In this document: in pieces, positions 48,464 through 62,323 of the stretch | Layout: every line of letters starts with the position of its first letter | How positions within the stretch are numbered: position 1 is the first letter of the stretch | Origin: Octopus sinensis | Lineage: Eukaryota | Direction of reading: 5' to 3' | Assembly: GCF_006345805.1 (NCBI RefSeq) | Contig: NC_043004.1 | Location: 74,214,001-74,278,000 of the forward strand | Length of the DNA: 64,000 nt | Translations under genes and position numbers: made by a program | The notes under the pieces: model-generated | The model's input: only the letters and a program-made list of their open reading frames with translations | Told to the model about the DNA's origin: nothing | The model's database searches: none

Positions 48464-50951
48464 AAAATATACATAGTAGATATCATACCCTCATACCTAC
48501 AGTTTACACAGGTAGAGTAGAATAGTTAGTGGTCTTTTATGGAGATAGATGTATGTATGTGTGTATGGAGGGATGTATGTATATATGTATATGCACATGT
48601 ATGTAAGCATATGGATACGAAAATAAAGAGATCAACATACAGACAGATAGGTACATAATTTATATGGACAGACAAGAACACATGCACAAATAAAGACTGA
48701 AATACATTACCATATATACACACACACTTTACTCAACACAAGGACACATATGGAGACACACGTCCACACATATGGAGATGCACATGTATACATACAAACA
48801 CGGTACACAGTTGTAAAACACACACACGCTCAGACATGCACACACAAGGAGACAGAGGTACACACACATATACAAGCACACGCACACACACACACACACG
48901 CACACCCACATACACACACACGCACACAGACACGCACATACACATATAAGAAACCACACAAACATGGACACGCAAACACATGAATATGCAGAATACATAC
49001 ATACAAATATACATTCATACATATATACATATGCACACACACATATATGCATACACACATGCACACATGCATACATGCGTGCATGTATAGGCACACACAT
49101 TGACCCACACACATGCGAACAAACAAAAAGGAACAGTGTGAATAGCGGACGGAGTCAAATCTATTGGAAAGGTTGCAAGACGCAACGAAAATTTTAGAAA
49201 AATAAAACAATGAAATAAGTGGAAATTTTACCGGTGAGTGTGTTAAATTATAAAGCACCAAAGGAGAATGACTCTTCCCAGACACAACAGAATATGCATC
49301 AACACACGAACTCACATAGAGAATCTTGCAAAGCAAATCCCAAAACGAAATATCTCTTATTATAAAAGGCAGATTTTATCAGCCTCCCTTTGTCTCTTAT
49401 AGAAATCTACAATATAGAATTTCTTCAATTACAATTTACCTAGCATTTTTAAGAGTAGAATGCATCGGGTCGTGCCAGGTCCAGTTTTTAAAATTTCAAC
49501 CCCAAATTAAGCAAAATTTAGAGAAAACTCACATTGTGGTGTGTATGTCAAATGCTTTTCTTAGTGTGGGCTACAACACACGCACACGCACACACACAAA
49601 AACGGAGCGAACTGTTTCACTGACGCTATCACCCTAATTTCTCCTTTCTCTTTGCAAGTGTGCAACGATTAAAGTGAAAACAGTGAATCCGACAGCGATA
49701 AAGAAAATGAATTGGCACCTGAATGGAGTGAAAATTTAAAAACTGTTTCTTTCGGTGATTTTTCTGAAGAAACTGGACCAAGCCACAGACTTTCCCAGGA
49801 GACTAAAGCCTTAGACTATTTCTTTTTACTTTTTCGAATGAGCCTATTTGAAATCGTTACGCTAAATGTAAACAAAGCGAAAGAAAGGATAGTTTGTTAT
49901 TTCCCACAACCTTAAATGAAATTAAGGCCTATTTTGCCATAAATATTATTATGGGTATCAGAAAGTTACCCAGAATAACAAATTCTATCGTAAAATTTTG
50001 TTGTATACCCAACTGAATATTAGCTAATAATCCATTTTCTATAGCGATGTTTGAACAAAATTTTAATAATTTTATATATTGTTGAATTTACCTGTATCTA
50101 CCTGCAATTAGAGTCACTTTGTGACAAAAATTATAGTATAGAATTGGTTGAGAACATTTCATTAAATTATCTTCCAAAATTCATGTTAATATATTGATAA
50201 ATAAAAAAAAGTTATAGTTGTTTAATGAAACCAGACTAAATTTATGATTACGTTAGAAATTAATTGAAACATATTTTGGTCAGAAATATAGTAACGAAAG
50301 GGTTAAGAAAAACCAAAATATATTTTATTCTTTATAAATGTTGTGTTCAAAATAACATTTTCTTTTTAAAATGTGTATATAACAAAGTATGTGTATATAA
50401 CTACGTGGCTTATATCTTTATATATAAAACTGAAGTTGTGTGTCTGTCTCCTACGATTTAGATTCGTAACTACTCCCACATTTTGCGGTGCAGTTTCACC
50501 AAAAGCGGGTATCTTAAAGTCGTGAGTCATATCGAGCCCTTCTGGGTATTAGCGCGCGTCTACGATGAGTCTACGATTTAAAAAAAATTACCATCATATT
50601 TTTCCATTTTAATGCATTTTTTCGCTATTATATAAGGGAAGTAACTCTCTAAAAATATCTACGATGTGTCAACGATTTAAAAAAAAATTTACCTTAATTT
50701 TTTTTCGATTTTTAATGCATTTTTTTGCTATTTTTTGGCTATAACTCTCTAAAAATGCTTATATAGTTATTTCCCTTACAAACCCGAGCAACGCCGGGCG
50801 ATACTGCTAGTATATATATATATATATATATGTATATGAATATATATGTATGTATGTATGTATATACATATGTATATGTATATATATATATATATGTATA
50901 TGTGTGTGTGTGTGCGTGCGTGTGTAGAAGGTTGAAAATGAACACACGAGT

Positions 50952-50982
<31 letters not shown>

Positions 50983-51257
50983 CGAAGTTCGTGGATGTTG
51001 AGTTGTTGGACACGTTGAAAGCATATATCAATTAGTGAAGGTGGGGTTAATTATAATTATGATTAATTTAATTTTTTCTATGTTTCTTACATGTTAGTGC
51101 TATCATTTGAAACGATCGTATGCATGGATTAAAATTTTATAAAACTTTTAACATCTCTTCTCTATCTTAATTGTTAGTTGAGTTTATACAATATTATATC
51201 CTACAAACGTTCATAACAAACCTTATAAACACCTTCCACGCTGCAATTGTGTGTGTG

Positions 51258-51321
<64 letters not shown>

Positions 51322-51550
51322 CCATTTAAGAAACACACAAAAACCGTTAGATACACTGACATTGAACAGGTGGCGGTCTCAAAGCGGCGAAAATATTTTG
51401 GCAAATTAAATTTAAATGTTGAAGTGAATCTATCGGTTTTTTGTGTATTTTTAAATAGCTTATAAACACCTTCCACGTTGCAAAATTGTTTTCCTTCCAG
51501 CACACAATCTCAGATCAGGTCACATGCTATGCAAGTACATCTCTGTTATA

Positions 51551-51646
<96 letters not shown>

Positions 51647-51924
51647 ATTTTGTTTCTTTTACTGTCTGTTTTGGGTTACATTACTTCCATTACGTCATCC
51701 ATCATATTTTATATATATTTATTTCTCTGCATTGAACTCCTTCAAATGTACGAAACACATTAAGCACACAATATACGTTGCTGCTCCGGATTGTTAATTA
51801 TTTAATGAAAGGCGACACTTCACCCGGCTGATACTCCGAACATCACAGTTGGAAAATGCACAGATCTATGCGTTGCAAATTTTCCTGCTTGTCTCTTAAT
51901 TTGACATCTTCAGATCAGCGAAGA

Positions 51925-51957
<33 letters not shown>

Positions 51958-52049
51958 AATACTACTACTACTACTACTACTGCTACTGCTACTACTACTA
52001 CTAGCGAAAGTGCTACATTGGAAACTGTGCGAAAAGCGGGGGCTAGAAA

Positions 52050-52430
52050 TAGACAAGATGTGGTATGAGCACAAACCGCAGAGAGTGGCGGAGTCAGAGA
52101 CTAGCAAAATTCTCTGGGTGTTTCCCAATCCAAACAGATGATGTGCTACAGCCTAACAGAACGGACCAAGTGGTGGTGGACAAGGGGCAACACATATGCT
52201 ATATAGTTGGTGTTGCGTGCTCCTTTGACCCACTAATAGTTAAGAAGATTAAGTACGAAATAGCCTGACTATGGAAAATGAAGAAGGTGAAGATAGTGCC
52301 AATTATTGTTGGGTCCTTGGGAACTGTATCAGAAAGCATCAAGGAAAATATGGAAATTGGAATAGAGTGCCTAGTAGAACTGTTACAAAAGGTTTGCCTC
52401 TTTGGCAAGGCCAGAATAAACAGGACAGGA
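52050..52430 (+). mobile_element. RLE-type LINE 3' remnant
   Basis: NRTDQVVVDK..VACSFD and KIVPIIVGSLGTV resemble RLE C-termini. Confidence 0.6.
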
Positions 52431-52559
52431 ACGGATGTCATAGTCCAGTAGGTTGCAGGCAGTAAGTCCGCAATGCATGCGAGACTCCAGGAGCACCAAC
52501 AAAATCTGTGATAAAATGTAATGATAATAATGATAATAATGATCATTTCTACTGGAGGT

Positions 52560-52915
52560 ACAAGGTCTTAAATTTGGTGGGGGAGGGGAATAGTCAATTA
52601 CATCGGTACTTAATTCATCGCCCCCGAAATGATGAAAGGCAAAGTCGACCTCGGCGGAATTTGAACTCACAACATAAAGACAGGCAAAATACCTGTTTCT
52701 TTATTACCCACAAGGGGCTAAACATAGAGAGGACAAGGATAGACAAAGGTATTAAATCGATTACATCGACCCCAGTGCGTAACTGGTACTTATTTAATCG
52801 ACCCCGAAAGGATGAATGGCAAAGTTGGTCTATGCAGAATTTGAGCTCAGAACGTAGTGACGGACGAAATACCACTAAGCATTTTCTCCGGCATGCTAAC
52901 GCCTCTGCCAGCTCG
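52560..52915 (-). mobile_element. SINE with duplicated body unit (same family as 42011)
   Basis: Two tandem GGTACTTA..GGCAAAGT..GAACTC units, followed by the reverse head. Confidence 0.8.
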
Positions 52916-52920
52916 CAACT

Positions 52921-53044
52921 TGAAGAAGAAGAAGAAGAAGAAGAAGAAGAAGAAGAAGAAGAAGAAGAAGAAGAAGAAGAAGAAGAAGAAGAAGAAGAAG
53001 AAGAAGAAGAAGAAGAAGAAGAAGAAGAAGAAGAAGAAGAAGAA
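52921..53044. repeat. Pure (GAA)n microsatellite, about 41 units
   Basis: Direct reading of the sequence. Confidence 0.97.
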
Positions 53045-53879
53045 TATTCTCTAGTGACGTCACTTCATCCATACCCCCGTCGGCATTTCGACGAGGAACA
53101 GGAATAGTTTTTCTTTATCGAATGAATAAATAGACAAATAAACAGATTGCGATTCAGAAGTACCAACGATGTCCATGGAATCCAGACAAACTGGAAACAT
53201 TAAATTCCGTTTAAGCAATTCCTTTTAACTTGATTTGTTGCTAAGAGACTTTCCCGTTATTATATTATGCAATGTTAAACCTCCATTGATTTGGCAATAT
53301 TTTTAGAAATATTATAGTTTGATATTAATGAAAAAATGCAATATTTTTTTTATATTTCGTAACTGAAGAAAGGCTGTGTCTCCTTCAGATTCAATATTTA
53401 TCAAACTGTCCGAAAGCATATTGGACCAGCTATTCGTAACTACCAGGATTGCTTTCGTTGAGAATGACGAGTTGAAATGCGTTCGATTTCCTGGCGAGAA
53501 TCAACGATACCGATTCCATTGGAAATATCCGTCGGTAACAAGTAATACGGCATTTTTTAAATCTAGATTCCCCATGCTGTACTGGGGAGGCTTCGAGAGA
53601 TGCAAGACTTCTGAATTAGTGCTAAAGTAGACGAAATTCAGGTGGTGGTGGGGGGGGGGCGGTTCCAGACATGAGAGATCTGAGATGATACACACTGAAA
53701 ACTGTCTACGGTCTACAGTTCTTGGGATCATCCCACTTTTTTGTTTTTCCGGTTATGAAAACCAAACATTGCTCAAAGACAAGCAGCTGTTACTAGAGAG
53801 ATAGAAACCTTGATAATGCACTCAACCGACCATCTTTAATCAATGAGGCTAATGTAACTCGCTTTTCACGGGAGAAGTA

Positions 53880-54600
53880 AACCACAAGCCTGACTTCCCA
53901 CCTACACTCCCTGAAGCCATGAAGATTATCTCGTTGATATCCAGCGCCAAAATCCCTAATGCTGACGTCATTCCTGATGGTGTATACAAAATAGTTGTGA
54001 CGTTCGCCCATGCACCGCTGACTGACATCTTCCCCGATGGAGCAAAGAGAAAATTCTCCAGAACTTCAAACATTCCGACATTGCGCAAGAAAAGGGAAAC
54101 ACCAGCTATGCGACAACTCTCCTGTTCATCGCAGAGTAAAATCCTGGCCCGTTTCCTGCTCAAGTGTCAACTGGAACACGTACAACAAGATCTCTTTTCA
54201 GAGAGTCAATGTATCTTCCGTGCCGATCGTGGGGCTATAGACAAGATTCTTCGTAGTATATCAACGCCAACAAAAATTCTGACAACAACTCTGCGATCTC
54301 TACACGACATTTGTCGACTTGACAAAGACTCATTGCAAATTCAGCGAGGACGTCTCTTGGAAGATCACAGAGAAGTTTCGCTTCCCCAGCAGATTTATTA
54401 CAATAGGCCGACATTTCCATAAGCACGATGGTCAGCGTATTTGATGCCGAACAAATATGTGACACCTTCCCAGTAAAATAAAAGGTGCCCATCAAGATAG
54501 AATGCCATCGGGGTGCCTGTGACACCCCGTTCATCTGCTTCAGGTACCATATTGATGGCAAGTTATGCAAGTTTTCCGACGCCCACTGTCTTCAGTGAGT
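53880..54600 (+). mobile_element. Degenerate RTE-like RT remnant (continues at about 55610-55920)
   Basis: QQDLFSESQCIFRADRGAID motif and downstream fragments. Confidence 0.6.
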
Positions 54601-55219
54601 CTGTTCTCGGGGTCTTCCTCTTCGCCGACAACCATTCTCTCAAAGCGGATAACGATTAGAAGATAGAGAGGGAGATGGACCTGTTGTGAACAACCTGCGA
54701 CACCTTTGACCTCATAATAAACATAAAGATGAAGGTCATTCGCCTGGAAACCTATAGCATGATTGTCAGATTTTGTAAAGGGACAAAAGAAAAAAATACA
54801 TATTGTTGACAGATTCACGTGTCTCGGTTGCACACTGTTAAGAGCAGTAAATATCGATTGAGAAGAGGTCGGCTGTTAGACCACAAAGTGGAGATATATC
54901 GTAGGGGTTTCGGCTGTGCGAGATGCGTGGGGTGTGCGGATCCCATCGGGGTGGCAACTTGATATGCGTGTGTTTGCTCTAGTCAATGTTATGTTCCATA
55001 CAAGGAAAGAGAGGACTAAAACACGAATCGATCAAGTTTACGTATAAATATTCTTTTTATATGTTTGTTTCCTTCTACACAATATTAAAACAACAGCTAA
55101 AAATTTTCTGAAGCAGCACCCCAACTAGTTTTATCTACGAGTCGCCACTGATTCTAAATAATCAGTAGATATGCAAAACAACTCAATTATTTCCACACAC
55201 GGTATTTTGGCGGCGTGTA

Positions 55220-55605
55220 GGTGCAATGGCCCAATGGTTAGGGCAGCGAACTCGCGGTCGTAAGATCGCAGTTTCGATTCCCAGACTGGGCGTTGTGAGT
55301 GTTTTTTTTTGTTTTTTGAGCAAAAGCCCCTAAAGCTCCTCAAGGCTCCGGATGGGGGATGGTGGCGATCTCTGCTGTACTTTTTCACCACAACTTCCTC
55401 TCACTCTTTCTTCCTGTTTCTGTTGTACTTGTATTTCAAAGAGGCCAGCCTTGTCACACTCTGTGTCACGTTGAATATCCCCCAAGAACTATGTTAAGGT
55501 AACACGTGTCTGTGGAGTGCTCAGCCACTTGCGCGTTAATTTCGCGAACAGGCTGTTCCGTTGATCGGATCAACTGGAATGCTCGTCGTCGTAACCAACG
55601 GAGTG
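55220..55605 (+). mobile_element. tRNA-derived SINE; inverse copy at 58800-59114
   Basis: A/B-box head plus body GAACTATGTTAAGGTAACACGTGTCTGTGGAGTGCTCAGCC..GTCGTCGTAACC. Confidence 0.85.
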
Positions 55606-55961
55606 CCACGTACCTTGGCAGCATCCTGCACTTCCGCCGGCAGGACAAGATCCCTAACATCCTCATGCTTCAGGAAACCAACATTCTAATCGTGTACCTT
55701 TGTTTGCTGATAGTCTGCATGCCAGACCACTGTATTCCAAAGCAACTTCTCCGTAACGAATTCTGTCTCGGGAACCACGATATTAACAGAAATTCGAGGG
55801 CGGCCTAAAATATCTCTTAAAAACTGCCAAAGTGTGATTGACGTCTGGGAGATGCATGCCTCGAACCAACTTCACTGGCGGGACCTGATTCACATTGGTA
55901 CCGAAGACACTGACATGAAAAGAACTACTACTGTTGCTGCTAAGAAAAAACCATACATTCC

Positions 55962-56055
<94 letters not shown>

Positions 56056-56222
56056 GTTTTCGGTCGACTGCATTAAATTTAGTTTGAATAACAAACGAAA
56101 CAGAAAAATGTTTGTATTGGGACTGAAAATATTGTTGCTAAGAGACAATGACGTCATCGCTGATAACGAAAAGTCGAAGTAACTTTGACCTGCTCAGATT
56201 TCTCCGTTAGTGAGGTTATTCA

Positions 56223-57350
56223 TACAAGAGGCAGTCAAAAATTATCTGCACTTTCACCAAAGATTCACTAGATTGGTCGCACTGCTTCCAGCACTCGCGT
56301 GCTTACTGGTGGCACTCCTGTGGTTACGATTGCTCCAGTTTTCCTTTTTGTGTTACAAAGAAAACACGGTCACACCGTGGGCATAAAAGGACCGAGATCA
56401 GTGATACAATTTCTCTGCTCTGAAGGTATGTCAAGGGCTGAAATTCATCGCAGGCCTTCGGTGCAATTTGGGGACAGCACTCTATCGCCTAGGAGTGTGT
56501 ATGGGTGAACCAAAGAGTTTCGAAATGGCCGGACAAGCATAAAGCACGAAGAAGGAGCAGGATGACCAACTTCCACCATTGACGTGAAGATTCGACGAGC
56601 TCGCGAGATGGTTCTGGTAAACTGACGAGTGACCATCAATGAGAAGGCATGTTCTCTGCAAATTAGTCATGGTTCTACAAAGGAAATCAGCCGCCACAAA
56701 CTTCGCTTCTGTAAAGAGATGGGTGCCAAGAGCGCTCACCGAAGCGCATAAGCGCAATCGTGTGGAAATCTGTCAATGCTTACTCAACCGCAACAAGGGT
56801 GAAGGCAAAACTTAGTTTTTGGAGAGAACAGTCACAGGTGATGAAGCATGGGTTTATCACTTTGAGCCAGAATCCAAAATGTAGAATATGGAATGGAAAC
56901 ACGGAATCGCCAGCGAAAAAGAAATTCAAGACTTGACCTTCTGCAGGAAAAGCAATGGCAAACGTGTTTTTTTGTGGGGGAGGGATCCAAAGGGGCCTCT
57001 ACAGGAACATTACCTGGAAAAGGGGTTTACAGTCACCAGTGTAGGTTACAGTGAAATATTGGCCAACAAACTGAAACCAGCAATTTGCACCAAATGCTGG
57101 GCCCTATTGTCAACAATGCACGTGCACTTATGGCCGTCCACACTGTTGAAACAATTAAGAAGTTGGGCTTTGAGTTGCTGAGTCCAGATCTCCCCACTTT
57201 CGACTATCACCTCTTTGGACCTTTACAAGGTCGTCAGTTTGCTACGGACAAAGACGTGCACGAAGCGCTGCATAAATTGCTGCATGTGATGGAATAAGCA
57301 AGGCTGAAGACCTCTGGAAGAACTGCTTCGAAAAGCAAGGTAACTGCAAC
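56223..57350 (+). mobile_element. Degenerate mariner (family 4)
   Basis: RSVIQFLCSEG, VTGDEAWVYHFEPES, MEWKH and SPDLPTFDYHLFGPL fragments. Confidence 0.85.
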
Positions 57351-58640
57351 GAGACTGCATTACATGTCCTGGGTGACTACTGAGTTACAGATACCTTCAG
57401 CAAGCCCTGCTAACATCTGTATTACGAATCATTAAATATGCTACATAACAAATGGATCCGCAAACAAATTATACTCCAAAATAATGTCAGATAGAACTTA
57501 TTCAAATTTTTACCAGACTAATAACTGTTTTCTTGATATTATCCATGCATTTATCAACGATGATTTATTCCAGGTGACATCACAATAAACTACACTCTAG
57601 TCTGCAATTGTTGCAGAATGGTTTACTGCATACACACACACACATTCGCTTCTGAACTCCAATTGCCTTCAACCAAATTCACTCTGTTGGAACCTCTTGG
57701 GACCACAAACATGGTTTGAGAACAACAAAAATATTTCTTGACCTGTTTCTCAACCAGGAGGGATGGAAAGGTAAAGCTGACCTGGACGAGATTTGAACTC
57801 AGAATGTAGAGAGATGGAATCAATGTTGCTAAGGATTTTGACCAAAATGCCAACGATTCTGTCAGCTTTAATCCTTACTTACTTGCTTGTACTTGTGATG
57901 GTGTTTGCCTGGGGCAGGCTGAGGTTGCTCTGACCAACAAGTTCATACCTCCCTCATGAAGGATGACCACATCCAACAGTCAGCTGCAGTTGAGGTTCTA
58001 ATGGATACCCACTTCTGGTTCCAGTGCCAGAAACCATAGAGACAAAGCCCATAAAATTTAGTGTTGAAGTTATGATCTAAGGTGTAAGAGATCAAAGGAA
58101 TAAATACCTATCTTAAAAATTAATACTGGGGTCAATGTGTTCAGCTAAACTCCTCAAGGTGGTGCCCCAGCATGACCACAGTCCAATGACTGAAACAAGT
58201 GTAACATAATAGATATCTTGATTTTAATTTCCTATTATCGCTTTACTGTGGAGGAAGGGGTTATGCCTTGTGACCTTTGCAAACCCTTTTAGACAGAGGA
58301 ACAAAATATTCTTTTCTACTTTAGGCACAAGGCCTGAAATTTTCAGGGGAGGGGGCCATTCGATTAGATCGACCCCAGTACACAACTGGTACTTAATTCA
58401 TCAACCCCGAAAGGATGAAAGGCAAAGTTGACCACAGCGGAATTTGATCTCAGAATGTAAAGACAGACGAAGTAACGCTAAGCATTTCGCCCAGCATGCT
58501 AACGATTCTACCAACTCGCCACCTTAGAGAGGAACAACATATCAACAATCCTATTAAACAGTTGAAATACGCAGACGAACATACGTTTTTGTTAAACTTG
58601 CTTATTTCTATTATATGTTGATTTTTTTTATATAAAACCT

Positions 58641-58646
58641 TTTATT
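58641..58646 (-). terminator. Probable MRPS9 polyadenylation signal AATAAA
   Basis: TTTATT on the + strand, 77 nt past the stop codon. Confidence 0.6.
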
Positions 58647-58722
58647 TTACAGCTACATTCACTTTGAAACCAATAAAACATGGATGTGTTACAATATTGA
58701 TCTGAAGACTTTCATTCCATCT

Positions 58723-58735
58723 TCAACGCTTTTTC
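58723..58735 (-). CDS. MRPS9: Mitochondrial ribosomal protein S9, last coding exon (W)KKR*
   Basis: Pyrimidine tract and TAG acceptor, then G AAA AAG CGT TGA, completing TG|G from the previous exon; matches the conserved uS9m WKKR end. Confidence 0.9.
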
Positions 58736-60291
58736 CTAAAAAACAAAGAAAAAAGATACAGTAAACAATAAGAATAAAACTATCTAAAGACTAAAGAAGA
58801 CTCCACCGGTTACGACGACGAGGGTCCCAGCTGATACGATCAACGGAACAGCTTGCTCGTGAAATTAACGTGCAAATGGCTGAGCATTCCACAGACACGT
58901 GTACCCTTAACGTAGTTCTCAGAGATAATCAGCGTGACACAGAGAGTGACAAGGCTGACCCTTTGAAATACAAGTACAACTCATTTTTGCCAGCTGAGTG
59001 GACTGGAGCAACGTGAAATAAAGTGTCTTGCTCAAGGACACAACGCGTCGCCGGGAATCGAACTCACAACCTTACGATCATGAGCCGAATGCCCTAACCA
59101 CTAAGCCACGCGCCCTCACATGAATAAAACTATACACATTCAAAGAACAATGAAGTCAATATATTCTTTTCTACTCTAGGCACAAGGACTGAAATTTTGG
59201 GGGCAGAGGGGGACCATTCGATTAGATTGACCCCAGTATGCATCTGGTTCTTAATTTATTGACTCCAAAAGGATGAAAGTGAAAGTCAACCTCAGCAGAA
59301 TTTAAACTCAGAACGTAAAGACAGACAAAATATCACTAAGCATTTTGCCGGACATGCTAACAATTCGGCCAACTTGCCACCTTAATGAAGTCAATATATT
59401 GCGGCTATGAAGGTGGTGAGCTAACAGAATTGTTACAGCACCAGGAAAAATGTTTGGCAGCATTTCTGCCCACTTTATGTTGTGAATTCAAATGGTGCTG
59501 GGGCCAACTGTGCCTTCCATCTTTTCAGGGTCAATAAAATAAGGACCAGTTGAGCACTGCGGTCAATGTAATTGTCTTAACCCCTCCCTCAAATTTACTG
59601 ACCTTGTACTAAAATCTGAACCCAGGATATCACATCATCATCACCGTTTAACATCCACTTTCCATGCTGGCATGGGTTGGATGGTTTGACTGAGGATTGG
59701 CAAGCCAGGAGGTTGTACCAGGCTCCAATCAGATCTGGCAAAGTTTCTACAGCTGGATACCCTTCCTAATGCCAACCATTCCAAGAGTGTAGTGAGTGCT
59801 TTTTAGTTCCACTGGCACACGAGCCAATCAGGTGGCATTGGCATCAGCCATGCTCAAATGTTGCTTTTTATGTGCCACCGTAAAAACTCTATCAGTATCA
59901 ATTGAAGTTTCAGTTTTTGTTTTAATTTCTTTCTCCTGAGCCTATCCAGACCTCATGATGTATAAGTGACCAAGATCACAACATTGACCACTGAATGGGA
60001 CACCTGTCTGTTGCAGTGTTCAAGGCCAGCAATTCTGAAGGGAGGGGACAATTACATCATCCCTGTTCCTGACAGGTCCTTTCTCTTTATCACCCCAGAA
60101 AGAGATGAAAGACAAAGCTGACCTCAACAGGATTTGAACTCAGAATGTAGAGAGCCAAAAGACATGCCATTAAGTACTTTGCCCAACATGCAAATGATTC
60201 TGCTACCTTAACTGACCCTTTTACTCATGTCTTACAACAAGCAGGAAGGAACATGGGGGACCTATCTAAAACCAACAGATACATTACTTAC

Positions 60292-60370
60292 CAAGTACTC
60301 TTCTTCCTAGCTTTTGGTTGACCAGGCTTTTTACGTTCTTTGCGGCGCAAATCTCTCATCAAAAGTCCAG
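60292..60370 (-). CDS. MRPS9: Mitochondrial ribosomal protein S9 exon (A)[25 protein letters not shown](W)
   Basis: AG acceptor, GTAAGT donor, ERKKPG..AR uS9 signature, phases consistent. Confidence 0.95.
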
Positions 60371-61582
60371 CTGCAATATAGAAACAGGAAATTACTTTTC
60401 TTCTTCTGGTTCTTTTCTTTCAGCAACACGGCTAACTAAAGCATTCTTCAATAAGCTACACTTGTCTGTTTAACCCTTTCATTACTGTATTTATTTTGAA
60501 ATGCTCTGGGTTTCTTTCAATTACTTTAAATATAACAAAGAATTTAGTAAAACAATTTCATTGTCATTAAGCTAGTGTTAGGAACATAAATTGTGACTAA
60601 GATTTTAATTGTGGAAGATTCTAATTCAAAACTTATGAAAATGAGACATTTGTACTCAGAGCCAGTTTCAGCTGGGTTGGTAGCGAAAGGGTTTAAAAAA
60701 TGGTTTAAATTACGCTACAGTACACAGACTTATCCCTTATTCTAGTCAGGCAGACATTCAACTAATGTCTTAATAATATTTAATTATAAAAATAGGATTT
60801 TTAAAAATATTGAATGACTATGAAGGTCCAGTAGGGTAAAAGAGGAAACAGGGTTCCAGAGGAGAAAAATGGTTGAGGAACACAGGTTTGTATGGTTCGA
60901 CAAGATCCAACTAACCCGAGGGCCATGTGGGTCTCCAATATCTCCCTCAGCAAGGTTTCTATGGTTGGTTGCTCTTCCTAACACGAACCACTTTACCAGA
61001 GTGTACTGGGTGCTTTTTTCATAGCACCAGCACTGGTAGGGTCGCTAAGTAACATGCAAGTAAACCCCCTTCACAGAGTGGGAATGCAGTATTGAGGGTG
61101 GGTGGCATCGTACAAGTGTAGAGATGCTTAAGTAGGAAAGAGGAACAGGAATAGATGTCTTGTTGCAAAGGAGATACATGGGAGCAGACGAGTTTTATTA
61201 ACTTTATCAGATACACTGAGATGAGAATACTTAAGAGGCAGACACTTTGATTTTCATTTTCCTGAAATGAAGAAACATAATTTGCTGTTAATGTGACATA
61301 ATTTGCTGTTAATGACCTTAGTCTGTGGGTGTCTTTCAGGGACACAAGTTTTTACCATACCAAAATTCTTCTTTTTCTGTAGACATTCAAAAGATATTTG
61401 CAATAATATTCACTTGCTAGAAATAGCCAAATTTTCCCACAAATCACACAATACTACAACTTTAAAAGGCACATGGCACAGTGACACAATGGTTAGAGCG
61501 TTGGGCTCACAATTATGGGGTAGTGAACATTTTTTACATTATTTACATTTGACGGATATTTGTCCTCATCTTGTTTGTTGTT

Positions 61583-61628
61583 AACACAAAGTTTCAGCTG
61601 ATATACCCTTAAGCCTTCATCAGGTGTC
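61583..61628 (-). ncRNA. Minimal hammerhead-like motif in a repeat within an MRPS9 intron
   Basis: GACAC-CUGAUGA-A-GGCU..AGCU-GAAA-CU-UU-GUGUU. Confidence 0.55.
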
Positions 61629-62323
61629 TTGGGGAAATTTCAAACCTGGGTTCTCATTCCTAAGGTATTTTTCGATGTTGTTGCTATTATTATTATTATT
61701 ATTATTATTCAGGTCACTGCCTGGAATTGAACTCAGAATCTTGGGGTTAGTAGCCCATGCTTTTAACCACAACGCCATATGCCCGTGTGTTCAATTCCTG
61801 GCTTGTGCTGTTTGTTGTCTTCTTGAGCAAGTCAATTTATTTCATGTTGCTCCAGTTCATTCAGCTGTAGAAATGAGTTGCAACATCACTGGTGCCAAGC
61901 TGTATCGGCCTTTACTTTTCCCTTTGATGACATCAGTGGTATGGAGTCGAGAGGCTGGTATGCAGGGGCGATTGCTGGTCTTCCATAAACAACTTTGCCT
62001 GGATTTGTGCCTTGGAAGGTAACTTCCCAGGTGCAATCCCACAGTCATTCATGACCGAAGGGGGTCATTTACAATTTTAAAAGGAGGACATATTTGATAA
62101 TGTTGATGATGATGATGATCTTAGATATATTATGCCTGAAAACAAAGATGGGTAATCATGGCTAGAATGCTTATCCACAGGATCAAAACTGACCTAGGGT
62201 TACACAATAACAGCTAGATGAATATAGCAGTGCTCCAGCATGGCCAAGTCAAATGACTGAGACAAGTAAAAGAATAAAAGAACAGCTGAATTTAAAAGAA
62301 TATTGGAAACGAAAATCCCTTAC

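Noticed and set aside
55220-55300. tRNA genes (also 12775, 25458, 59040-59114)
   Set aside because: tRNA-like heads of SINEs; no cloverleaf 3' half.
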